In this document: one piece after another, positions 20,331-32,127 of the stretch
Layout of the letters: each line of letters opens with the position of its first letter
How positions within the stretch are numbered: position 1 is the stretch's first letter
Assembly: GCA_002269645.1 (NCBI GenBank)
Contig: NIVC01004817.1
Location: forward strand, 1 to 34,252
Length of the DNA stretch: 34,252 nucleotides
Source of the DNA: Macrostomum lignano
Lineage: Eukaryota
Reading direction: 5' to 3'
Made by a program: the position numbers and the translations under genes
Notes under the pieces: generated by a model
Told to the model about the DNA's origin: nothing
Databases searched by the model: none
Seen by the model: the letters and a program-made list of their open reading frames with translations, nothing else

Positions 20331-21174
20331 AACCTTTAAGTTTCCGAAGTTCGAACGAGAATCGCTTAAAATCTTTCGACTTATTAATCGGAAAGCGGCG
20401 TGTATAAATTAAAACATTTTTTATACACGCACGCACCTTTCTTCAATTTCAATCAAATACAATACAATAAGGAAATTATGAATTCCTGATTGCTCCTAAA
20501 AGACTAATATTGATCGCTTTTATCCAATGAGTTGTGCTTGTGCTGTATATGTGCAAATGTTTACATCTTATAATTCAGTGAGAATTTCTACCAAAAATTT
20601 TAATACAGTGTTCAACGCGTATCTTATTTTGATAAACGGAATTAATATTTTTAGTTAATCCAGTTCAGTGCTTGCGCTCGATTGGACACAGGTAACAAGT
20701 GGTGTAGGTGTAGCTATTCAAATTCTTGACAAAGATAAACAACACCTTTTAATAATTCTACCAAAGATTTAAGCCGTTGCATAATATAACACTCGTAATA
20801 CTAGTTTGTATTACACAACAGTCAAACGGAATTGAGATAAACCTGTTGCTACTTTTGTATATACAATAATATACCGCATGCTGTAACTGTAACCCAATTT
20901 TCAGTTGTGGCCACTACGCAAAAATTAGTTCAAAAGCAATCTAGTGCGGCCCCCTTCGGGGCGCCCAATAAGAAAGGAGCAAAAATAGTTCATGGAAAAC
21001 AATAAAAAAACACATTTTCTTAAACACTAATTCTTTCTTCACATTTTAAAAATCACCTTATTCGTGTAAAATTGTCACGGACTAAGATGTTTGCAAAATA
21101 AAAAAATCACTTTTTCTCTAAAATTAACAAACAGTCAACAAAATATCGTTTCCCTAAATAGAAAATATTCCCAA

Positions 21175-21580
21175 GATAGCAAGCAACCCCCTCCAAAAGT
21201 GAACAATCGCAGATACTGTAGCAAGCATCCTCTAATGCTCATAGCAAGAATCACCACAGATAGCAAGCATCTGCAGATTAGCAAGCACCCCCCAGATATT
21301 ATAGAAGCATCCCCCAGATAGAAGCATCCACCCAGATAGCAAGCATTCTATAGATAGCAAGCACCCCCCAGATATTATAGAAGTATCCTGCAGATAGCAA
21401 GCACCCCCCAGATATTATAGAAGCATCCACCTAGATAGCAAGCATCCTGCAGATAGCAAGAATCCCTAAATAGCAAGCATCCCTGGATAGAAAGAATCCC
21501 ATGCATGTAGCCAGTACCCCCTCTCCCAAATAGCAAGTATCCCCCCTCAAGAGCAAGCATCCACGAGACAGCAAGTAGCT
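21175..21580. repeat. Degenerate GATAGCAAGCATCC short repeats (second copy 26000-26250)
   Basis: Directly visible. Confidence 0.85.
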
Positions 21581-21599
21581 AGTGCAAATGTTACTTCCG

Positions 21600-22715
21600 C
21601 TAATGCAATAATCGCTTTCTCAGGTTGTGCAACAATCCACGTCTCAGCGAGCGCAATAATCTCTTTTTTAGACAGCGCAGTAATCAGCTTCTCAGCTAGT
21701 GCAATAATCCTTGGTTTATTAATAGCAATAATCCTTGATTAATCAAGTGCAATAATCCTTGGTTTATCAAGTGCAATAATCCTTGGTTTATCAAGTGCAG
21801 TAATCTTTGGCTTATCAAGTGCAATAATCCTTGGTTTATCAAGTGCAATAATCCTTTGTTTATCAAGTGCAATAATCCTTGGTTTATCAAGTGCAATAGT
21901 CCTTTGTTTATCGAGTGCAGTAATCCTTAGTTTTCCAAGTGCAGTAATCCTTGGTTTATTAAGAGCAATAATCCTTGGCTTATCGAGTGCAGTAATCCTT
22001 GGTTTGCCAAGAGCAATAATCCTTGGTTTATCGAGTGCAGTAATCCTTAGTTTTCCAAGTGCAGTAATCCTTGGTTTATTAAGAGCAATAATCCTTGGCT
22101 TATCGAGTGCAGTAGTCCTTGGTTTATTAATAGCAATAATCCTTGAATAATCCAGTGCATTAATCCTTGGCTTATCAAGTGCAACATTCTTTACTATCAA
22201 GTGCAATAATCCATGGCTTATCAAGCGCTGTAATCCTTGGCTTATCAAGTGCAATAATCCTTGGTTTATCAAGTGCAATAATCCTTGGTTTATCAAGTGC
22301 AATAATCCTTTGTTTATCAAGTGCAATAATCCTTGGTTTATCAAGCGCAGTAATCCTTGGCTTATCAAGTGCAGTAATCCTTGGTTTATCAAGTGCAATA
22401 ATCCTTGGTTTATCAAGCGCAGTAATCTTTGGCCTATCAAGTGCAATAATCCTTGGTTTATCAAGTGCAGTAATCCTTGGCCTATCAAGTGCAATAATCC
22501 TTGGTTTATCAAGTGCAATAGTCCTTGGTTTATCGAGTGCAGTAATCCTTGGTTTACCAAGTGCAATAATCCTTGGTTTATTAATAGCAATAATCCTTGG
22601 CTTCTTGAGTGCAGTAATCCTTGGTTTGCCAAGAGCAATAGTCCTTGGTTTATCAAGTGCAGTAGTCCTTGGTTTATTAATAGCAATAATCCTTGGCTTA
22701 TCGAGTGCAGTAATC
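21600..22715. repeat. 24-bp minisatellite (GTGCAATAATCCTTGGTTTATCAA) inside unit 1
   Basis: Directly visible, degenerate at left end. Confidence 0.92.
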
Positions 22716-22784
22716 TAAGTGTTTTTATTTAGTCCTTTAATAAAACCTTTTAATAAAAAATTTTACACTACTACTTTTAAACTA

Positions 22785-22850
22785 CTTAGATTCGAACCTA
22801 GGTCGCTGCATTAGCAGTCTGGTCTGTTCAGCTCTAGGCTAGCTCTCATC
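22785..22850 (-). other. tRNA-like A-box/B-box motif within Helitron-like core (further copies 25918-25980, 28188-28250, 31310-31372)
   Basis: Minus strand TAGCCTAGAG(C/G)TGAAC...GACTGCTAAT...GGTTCGAATC; no full cloverleaf. Confidence 0.5.
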
Positions 22851-23963
22851 GAAGTTATCAGTGATGTTGTACCACTTATATAATTCAACACTCACACCAA
22901 GTCAGGTAGAGTAAAAAGTCTCACGAAGCAGTTATGACATAATCAATTTCTTAGGCAAGTCAGTACCAGTGTCTATGAAAGTTTACAATATGGTTACGTA
23001 ATATAAATTCAGTACTGCGCTATGCTTTCACACTCAAAGCTGTGACGCAATTCAATTGAGTGTCAAATTCAGCCAGTACACAGACGATAAATAAAGTGTA
23101 TTGTGATGCAATCTATTTTAGAATCAGAATTCAACCAGTCAGTTTTTCTGCTAGCATTCTTACAATGCATTTCGATGCTTGACCTTTGCAAAAAAGCATG
23201 TTTTTCGAATATTTAATCCCTTTAGCATCGAGAAATTTCTTAGCCACGATGCATGTACCGTCACGGAAAAATTTCTGATCGAATGGTGCAAGTTCGAAGA
23301 AAATCGGTTGAGCCATTTTTGCTAAAATCGATCACACACACACACACACACACATACCGACAGACCATTTTTAGTATATGGACTAGCTAAAGTTTTGCCC
23401 CCCTTCGGGGAGCAGAAATAATTAATATTCGTCTAATATAATATACCTTTTAGCAGGAGTACTTTAAGTGTTTTTCTTAAGCTTAAGCTTAAAATAGGAA
23501 TTTTTGGAGATCGTTAATAACGCATTTTAGGTAAAACAAAACTATCAACTTTTTACAGTTTTTAGTTTAGAGCCCTGTATATGTCAACGTGTTTGATAAA
23601 AATTATTTTTATCATTTTTGATAAAAAATGGCCTTCGGGGTGGCCAATAAGCAAGGGACGAATCCTTTTAAATGAAAAAAAATTCTTAGGGAGGGGGGCT
23701 AGGAATCGAATTCTCATTTTAATTCCAGGCTTATGTACCAATAAAACATGTTTGTGCAGAATTTTATAACAGACATTGAAATTCAACCATACTTGCCTTC
23801 TTTCAGAGCTACTTCTACCAGTATGCTTCAGTACGCTACCAGTACCCTTGTAAGCCTTGACATGTCAGCAATCCCCCCCCACAAGCCTTAACATATCAAC
23901 TCCCCCTTGACATCTCAGCAATGCTCCCACAAGCCTTGAAATCTTAAAAAATCTGTCTATTTT

Positions 23964-23997
23964 CTAACCCTAACCCTAACCCTAACCCTAACCCTAA
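23964..23997 (-). repeat. Interstitial telomere-like (TTAGGG)n tract
   Basis: (CCCTAA)x~5.5 on the plus strand. Confidence 0.9.
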
Positions 23998-24939
23998 AGC
24001 ATTGAAATTTCAGTAATTCTCTCTAAGAGTCTATAGCACTACTACAGCATTATAGCGATTCCCTGCAAGCCTCGACATCGTAGGGATTCCCAAATGAATC
24101 TCTTAACTTTGACATGAAGCTTCTTTTTTTTTTACATTACGCTTTTTCTATCAGCGATCCCTCCCGTGAGGAGCCAACAAATAATGTAATAACTTTTTTC
24201 CAATAAACTACATGTAGCTTCTGACATTAGCCTTGACATCTCATTTATTCCCCCGTGAGCCTTGACATCTCAGCTATAGATAGATAGATAGATTCCCCTC
24301 GTAAGCCTTGACATGTCAGCGATGCCCCCCATAAACCTTGAAATCTAAAAAATCCCCTGTTAACCTTGAAACGCGCTAAAATCTAACCCTCAACCCAAAC
24401 CTGACGTAAACCTAACTTTCACCCAACCTAAAGCCTTGAAATCACAGCAATTCTTCTTCCCTAAGCCTTGGCATTTAAGTGATTCCTTCTTTAAGAATCA
24501 CAGCACTATAACGATTCCCTCCAAGCTTTGACATCGTAGCAATTCCCAAATGAATCTTTTAACTTTGACATGACTTTTATTTTATGTATACATAGTGCTC
24601 CTTTTATTTTTACATGACTCTTCTTCTATCAGCGCCCCCCCCCCACCGTGGCAAGCCAACAAAGAATGCAATAAAAAACTTAAGTAAAGTACATGTACTT
24701 TGAAGTAGCTTCTGACTTTTGCTTTAACATCTCAGAAACCCCCTGTAATCTCAGTTATTCTCTGTGAGCCTTGACGTCTCAGTAATTCTCCCCAGCACAG
24801 CACTGTACTATAGCTTCATTTAATTTTTATATGACATTTCTTTCATGTCTGACATGACGCTTCTTTTGATTTTTACGTTACGCTTCTTTTATTCTTCCAT
24901 GATGCTTCTTAATTTTTTAAATGACACACTTTCATTAGT

Positions 24940-25860
24940 TTTTATATGAGGCTTCTATAATTTTTTCATGACGCTTCTATGCTTGTTTACATGACGCTTG
25001 TATGATTTTTACATGACGCTTATATGATTGTTTACATGACGCTTGTATGATTGTTTACATGACGCTTCTATGATTTTTTACATGACGCTTTTATGATTTT
25101 TACATGACGCTTCTATGATTTTTTACATGACGCTTCTATGATTTTTACATGACGCTTCTATGATTTTTACATGACGCTTCTATGATTTTTACATGACGCT
25201 TCTATGATTTTTACATGACGCTTCTATGATTTTTTACATGACGCTTCTATGATTGTTTACATGACGCTTCTATGATTGTATACATGACGCTTCTATGATT
25301 GTTTACATGACGCTTTTATGATTGTTTACATGACGCTTCTATGATTTTTACATGACGCTTCTATGATTTTTACATGACGCTTCTATGATTGTTTACATGA
25401 CGCTTCTATGATTGTTTACATGACGCTTCTATGATTTTAACATGACGCTTCTATGATTTTTTTACATGACGCTTCTATGATTGTTTACATGACGCTTGTA
25501 TGATTGTTTACATGACGCTTGTATGATTTTAACATGACGCTTCTATGATTGTTTACATTACGCTTCTATGATTGCTTGCATGACGCTTCTATGATTTTTA
25601 TGACGCTTTTATGATTTTAACATGACGCTTCTATGATTTTTTTACATGACGCTTCTATGATTGTTTACATGACGCTTGTATGATTGTTTACATGACGCTT
25701 TTATGATTTTAACATGACGCTTCTATGATTGTTTACATTACGCTTCTATGATTTTTACATGACGCTTCTATGATTTTTACATGACGCTTCTATGATTGTT
25801 TACATGACGCTTCTATGATTGTTTACATGACGCTTGTATGATTGTTTACATGACGCTTCC
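24940..25860. repeat. 22-23-bp minisatellite (ACATGACGCTTCTATGATTGTTT / ...ATTTTT) inside unit 2
   Basis: Directly visible. Confidence 0.95.
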
Positions 25861-26254
25861 ATAATTCTTTTTGTCTTGGCGTTAAAAGGCTTTAATTAAA
25901 AAAACTCTACTCTCTAAAAATTCGAACCATCGTCCCTGCATTTAGCAGTTTAGTCTGTTTACCTCTAGGCTAGCTCTCATGAATTTTAGTCATTACCCCT
26001 AAATAGAAAATATTCCCAAGACAGCAAGCATCCCCCCAGTAGCAAGCATCCCCTAATACTCCTAGCAAGCATCCACCCAGATAGCAAGCACCTGCAGATA
26101 GCAAGCATCTTGCAGATAGCAAGCATCTTGCAGATAGCAAGCATACCCCAAATAATGTAGAAGCATCCTTCCAGATAGCAAGCATCCTGCACATAGCAAG
26201 AATCCCTAAATAGCAAGCATCCCTGGATAGAAATAATCCTATACATGTAGCCAA

Positions 26255-28115
26255 GCTTATCAAGCGCAGTAATCCTTGGCTATCGAGTGCAGTAATCCTT
26301 GGTTTATTAATAGCAATAATCCATGGCTTATCGAGTGCAGTAATCCTTGGTTTATTAATAGCAATAATCCTTGGCTTATCGAGTGCAGTAATTCATGGTT
26401 TATTAATAGCAATAATCCTTGGCTTATCGAGTGCAGTAATCCTTGGTTTATTAATAGCAATAATCCATGCCTTATCGAGTGCAGTAATCCTTGGTTTATT
26501 AATAGCAATAATCCTTGGCTTATCGAGTGCAGTAATCCTTGGTTTATTAATAGCAATAATCCATGGCTTATCGAGTGCAGTAATCCTTGGTTTGCCAAGA
26601 GCAATAGTCCTTGGCTTATCGAGTGCAGTAATCCTTGGTTTGCCAAGAGCAATAGTCCTTGGTTTATTGAGTGCAGTAATCCTTGGTTTATTAATAGCAA
26701 TAGTCCTTGGTTTATTGAGTGCAGTAATCCTTGGTTTATTAATAGCAATAATCCTTGGCTTATCGAGTGCAGTAATCCTTGGTTTGCCAAGTGCATAATC
26801 CTTGGTTTATCGAGTGCAGTAATCCTTGGTTTATTAATAGCAATAATCCTTGGCTTATCGAGTGCAGTAATCCTTGGTTTATTAATAGCAATAATCCATG
26901 GCTTATCGAGTGCAGTAATCCTTGGTTTGCCAAGAGCAATAGTCCTTGGTTTATTGAGTGCAGTAATCCTTGGTTTATTAATAGCAATAGTCCTTGGTTT
27001 ATTGAGTGCAGTAATCCTTGGTTTATTAATAGCAATAATCCTTGGCTTATCGAGTGCAGTAATCCTTGGTTTGCCAAGTGCATAATCCTTGGTTTATTAA
27101 TAGCAATAATCCTTGGCTTATCGAGTGCAGTAATCCTTGGTTTATTAATAGCAATAATCCTTGGTTTATCGAGTGCATTAATCCTTGGTTTATTAATAGC
27201 AATAATCCTTGGCTTATCGAGTGCAGTAATCCTTGGTTTATTAATAGCAATAATCCTTGGCTTATCGAGTGCAGTAATCCTTGGTTTGCCAAGAGCAATA
27301 GTCCTTGGTTTTTGAGTGCAGTAATCCTTGGTTTATTAATAGCAATAGTCCTTGGTTTATTGAGTGCAGTAATGCTTGGTTTATTAATAGCAATAATCCT
27401 TGGCTTATCGATTGCAGTAATCCTTGGTTTGCCAAGTGCATAATCCTTGGTTTATTAATAGCAATAATCCTTGGTTTATCGAGTGCAGTAATCCTTAGTT
27501 TATTAATAGCAATAATCCTTGGCTTATCGAGTGCAGTAATCCTTGGTTTATTAATAGCAATAATCCATGGCTTATCGAGTGCAGTAATCCTTGGTTTGCC
27601 AAGAGCAATAGTCCTTGGCTTATCGAGTGCAGTAATCCTTGGTTTGCCAAGAGCAATAGTCCTTGGTTTATTGAGTGCAGTAATCCTTGGTTTATTAATA
27701 GCAATAGTCCTTGGCTTATCGAGTGCAGTAATCCTTGGTTTATTAATAGCAATAATCCTTGGTTTATCGAGTGCAGTAATCCTTGGTTTATTAATAGCAA
27801 TAATCCTTGGCTTATCGAGTGCAGTAATCCTTGGTTTATTAATAGCAATAATCCATGGCTTATGAGTGCAGTAATCCTTGGTTTATTAATAGCAATAATC
27901 CTTGGCTTATCGAGTGCAGTAATTCATGGTTTATTAATAGCAATAATCCTTGGCTTATCGAGTGCAGTAATCCTTGGTTTATTAATAGCAATAATCCATG
28001 GCTTATCGAGTGCAGTAATCCTTGGTTTGCCAAGAGCAATAATCCTTGGCTTATCGAGTGCAGTATTCCTTGGTTTGCCAAGAGCAATAATCCTTGGCTT
28101 ATCGAGTGCAGTAAT
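26255..28115. repeat. 24-bp minisatellite organised mainly as a 48-bp dimer inside unit 2
   Basis: AGTGCAGTAATCCTTGGTTTATTA + ATAGCAATAATCCTTGGCTTATCG alternate. Confidence 0.95.
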
Positions 28116-29011
28116 CTAAGTGTTTTTATTTAGTCCTTTAATAAAAGCTTTTAATAAAAAATTTTACACTACTACTTTTAAACTACTTAGATTCGAACCC
28201 AGGTCGCTGCATTAGCAGTCTGGTCTGCTCAGCTCTAGGCTAGCTCTCATCGAAGTTATCAGTGAATTTGTACCACTTATATAATTAATTTAACACTCAC
28301 ACCAAGTCAGGTAGAGTAAAAAGTCACGCGAAGCAGTTATGACATAATCAATTTCTTAGGCAAGTCAGTACCAGTGTCTATGAAAGTTAACAATATGGTT
28401 ACGTAATATAAATTCAGTACTGCACTATACTTTCACCCTCAAAGCTGTGACGCAATTCAATTGAGTGTCAAATTCAGCCAGTACACAGACGATAAATAAA
28501 GTGTATTGTGATGCAATCTATTTCAGAATCAGAATTCAACCAGTCAGATTTTTCTCTAGCATTCTTACAATGCATTTCAGGTCGAAAGAGCTGCTTGACC
28601 TTTGCAAAAAATCATGTTTTTCGAATATTTAATGCCTTTAACATTGAGCAATTTCTTAGCCAATATGCATGTACCGTCCCGGGAAAATTTCTGATCGAAT
28701 GGTGCAAGTTTGAAGAAAATCGGTTGAGCCGTCGGAGAAAATCAATTACAAGCAAGCAACCAAGCATTTCATTTTTAGTATATTAGACTAGCAATCTACG
28801 CCCCCCGTTGGGGAGCCAAAGAAATGCAATACACGTTTTTTTAATAAACTACATGTATCCTTGAAATCTTAAAAAATCTCCTGTCAAACCTTGTAAGCCT
28901 TGACATGTCAGTAATTCCCCCCCCACAAGCTTTAACATATCAACTTCCCCCCTTGACATCTCAGCAATGCCCCAAATAAGCCTTGGAAATCTAAAAATAT
29001 CTGTCAACCTT

Positions 29012-29073
29012 CTAACCCTAACCCTAGCCTAACCCTAACCCTAACCCTAACCCTAACCCTAACCTAACCCTAA
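29012..29073 (-). repeat. Interstitial telomere-like (TTAGGG)n tract
   Basis: ~10 CCCTAA units with two variants. Confidence 0.9.
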
Positions 29074-29984
29074 AGCATTGAAATTTCAGTAATTCTCTCT
29101 AAGAGTCATTATAGCACTACTACAGCATTATAGCGATTCCCTGCAAGCCTCGACATCGTAGAGATTCCCAAATGAATCTCTTAACTTCGACATGAAGCTT
29201 ATTTTATTTTTTACATTACGCTTTTTTTATCAGCGATCCCTCCCCAGAGGAGGCATCAAATAATGTAATAAAAAGTTTTCAATAAACTACATGTAGCTTC
29301 TGACTTTAGCCTTGAAATCTCATTTATACCCCCGTGAACCTTGACATCTCAGATATTCCCCCGTAAGTCTTAACATGTCAGCGATGGCCCCCATAAACCT
29401 TGAAATCTAAAAAATCCCCTGTTATTCTGTTAACCTTGAAATCCGATAAAATATAACCCTCAACCCACACCTGACCTAAACCTAACTTTAACCCAACCTA
29501 AAGCCTTGAAATCTCAGCAATTCTTCTCCCCTAAGCCTTGACATTTTAGTGATTCCTTCTTTAAGAATCACAGCACTATAACGATTTCCACCAAGCTTTG
29601 ACATCGTAGCAATTCCCAAATGAATCTTTTAACTTCGACATGACTTTTCTTTTATGTATACGTAGTGCTACTTTTATTTTTTACATGACTCTTCTTCTAT
29701 CAGCGCCCCCCCGTGGCGAGCCAACAAATAATGCAATAAAAAAATTGAGTAAAGTACATGAACTTTGAAGTAGCTTCTGACTTTTGCTTTGACATCTCAG
29801 AACCCCCCCCCCGTAATCTCAGTTATTCTCTGAGAGCCTTTACGTCTCAGTTTTTCTCCCCAGCACAGCATTATAGCTGCATTTAATTTTTACATGACAC
29901 CTTCATGTCTGACATGACGCTTCTTTTATTCTACCATGATGCTTCTTAATTTTTTAAATGACACTTTCATTAGTTTTTAAATGA

Positions 29985-31241
29985 GGCTCCTATGATTTTT
30001 TCATGACGCTTCTATGATTTTTACATGACACTTCTATGATTTTTTATATGACGCTTCTATGATTGTTTACATGACGCTTCTATGATTTTTACATGACGCT
30101 TCTATGATTTTTTACATAACGCTTCATGATTGTTTACATGACGCTTCTATATTGTTTACATGACGCTTCTATGATTGTTTACATGACGCTTCTATGATTT
30201 TTTACATGACGCTTCTATGATTTTTCATGACGCTTCTACGATTTCTGCAACGCTTCGATGATTTTTACATGACGCTTTATGATTTTTACATGACGCTTCT
30301 ATGATTTTTTACATGACGCTTCTATGATTGTTTATGACGCTTCTATGATTTTTACATGACGCTTCTATGCTTTTTACATGACGCTTCTATGATTGTTTAC
30401 ATGACGCTTCTATGATTGTTTCATGACGCTTCTATGATTGTTTACATGACGCTTCTATGATTGTTTACATGACGCTTCTATGATTGTTTACATGACGCTT
30501 CTATGATTGTTTATACGACGCTTCTATGATTTTTACATGACGCTTCTATGCTTTTTACATGACGCTTCTATGATTTTTTACATGACGCTTCTATGATTGT
30601 TTCATGACGCTTCTATGATTGTTTACATGACGCTTCTATGATTTTTTACATGACGCTTCTATGATTGTTTACATGACGCTTCTATGATTGTTTATACGAC
30701 GCTTCTATGATTTTTACATGACGCTTCTATGATTTTTTACATGACGCTTCTATGATTGTTTCATGACGCTTCTATGATTGTTTACATGACGCTTCTATGA
30801 TTGTTTACATGACGCTTCTATGATTGTTTACATGACGCTTCTATGATTTTTACATGACGCTTCTATGATTGTTTACATGACGCTTCTATGATTGTTTACA
30901 TGACGCTTCTATGATTTTTACATGACGCTTCTATGATTTTTACATGACGCTTCTATGATTTTTACATGACGCTTCTATGATTGTTTACATGACGCTTCTA
31001 TGATTTTTATGACGCTTCTATGATTGTTTACATGACGCTTCTATGATTGTTTACATGACGCTTCTATGATTGTTTAAATGACGCTTCTATGATTGTTTAC
31101 ATGACGCTTCTATGATTGTTTACATGACGCTTCTATGATTGTTTACATGACGCTTCTATGATTTTTACATGACGCTTCTATGATTTTTACATGACGCTTC
31201 TATGATTTTTTACATGACGCTTCTATGATTTTTACATGACG
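29985..31241. repeat. 22-23-bp ACATGACGCTTCTATGATT minisatellite inside unit 3
   Basis: Directly visible. Confidence 0.95.
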
Positions 31242-32066
31242 ATTCTTTTTAAAAAGTCTTTTAGTTTTCCTGACGTTGAAAAGCTTTAATTAAAAATTAT
31301 ACTCTATGAAAATTCGAACCATCGTCGCTGCATTTAACAGTTCAGTTTGTTCACCTCTAGGCTAGCTCTCATCGTTTTGATAACATCAAATTTTGCACTT
31401 ATATAATTCAACACTTTAAAATCCAAGCATAGAGTAAATCACACGAAGCAGTTATGACATAATCAGTTTCTCAGTCAGTCAGTATCAGTTAACAATATGG
31501 TTACGCAATCTAAATCAAGTCTGGTGCTACGCTTCCACACTGCATTTTCAATTCAAGTCGGAGTTACAATTCAGTTATGATGCAATCTATTTCAGAATCA
31601 GAATTCAACCAGTCAGTTTTTCTAGCATTCTTACAATGCATTTCAAGTCGAAAAGTTTGCTTGACCTTTGCAAAAAGCATGTTTTCGAATATTTAATGCC
31701 TTTAGCATCAAGAATTTCTTAGCCACGATGCATGTACAGTCACGGGAAAATTTTCTGATCGAACAGTGCAAGTTCGAACAAAATCGGTACAGCCATTTTT
31801 TCTCTAATCGATCACATAGACACAGACAGACCATTTTAGTATATAGGATAGCAATCTACGCCCCCCGTTGGGAGAGCCAAAGAAATGCAATACACTTTTT
31901 TAATAAACTACATGTATCCTTGAAATATTGAAAATCTCCTGTCAAACCTTGTAAGCCTTGAAATGTCAGTAATTCCCCCCACAAGCTTTAACATATCAAC
32001 TTCCCCCCTTGACATCTCAGCAATGCCCCAAATAAGCCTTGGAAATCTAAAAATATCTGTCAACTT

Positions 32067-32127
32067 CTAACCCTAACCCTAGCCTAACCCTAACCCTAAC
32101 CCTAACCCTAACCCTAACCTAACCCTA
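32067..32127 (-). repeat. Interstitial telomere-like (TTAGGG)n tract
   Basis: Same tract and variants as 29012-29073. Confidence 0.9.

Larger units (their letters stand above)
20941..23382 (-). mobile_element. Non-autonomous Helitron-like unit 1 (type A)
   Basis: Minus-strand 5' end TCCATATACTAAAAATGG followed by a (TG)n microsatellite. GC hairpin GCCCCGAAGGGGGC and a CTAG at the 3' end (exact 3' end ambiguous, 20930-20945). Confidence 0.65.
23383..28787 (-). mobile_element. Non-autonomous Helitron-like unit 2 (A/B chimera)
   Basis: Minus-strand 5' TCTAATATACTAAAAATG; 3' hairpin CTCCCCGAAGGGGGG then AGCTAG abutting the TC of unit 1. Confidence 0.7.
28788..31848 (-). mobile_element. Non-autonomous Helitron-like unit 3 (type B)
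   Basis: Minus-strand 5' TCCTATATACTAAAATGGTCTGTCTGTG; 3' hairpin CCCCAACGGGG then TAGATTGCTAG abutting the TC of unit 2. Confidence 0.7.

Noticed and set aside
19774-20412. 212-aa ORF with (SDLVTNLESQV)n coiled-coil-like 11-mer repeat
   Set aside because: All three plus frames and a minus frame are open because of the 33-bp unit; no evidence of coding constraint. Expression data would be needed to revisit it.
20795-20815. Alternative 3' end of unit 1 at CTAG 20801-20804 (followed by T on the minus strand)
   Set aside because: No GC-rich subterminal hairpin next to it; the hairpin lies at ~20946-20965
21696-28133. Numerous Leu/Ile-rich or PWFI-repeat ORFs
   Set aside because: Translations of the 24/48-bp satellite in all frames
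23964-32127. True chromosome end
   Set aside because: Tracts are only 34-62 bp and embedded at fixed positions in repeated units
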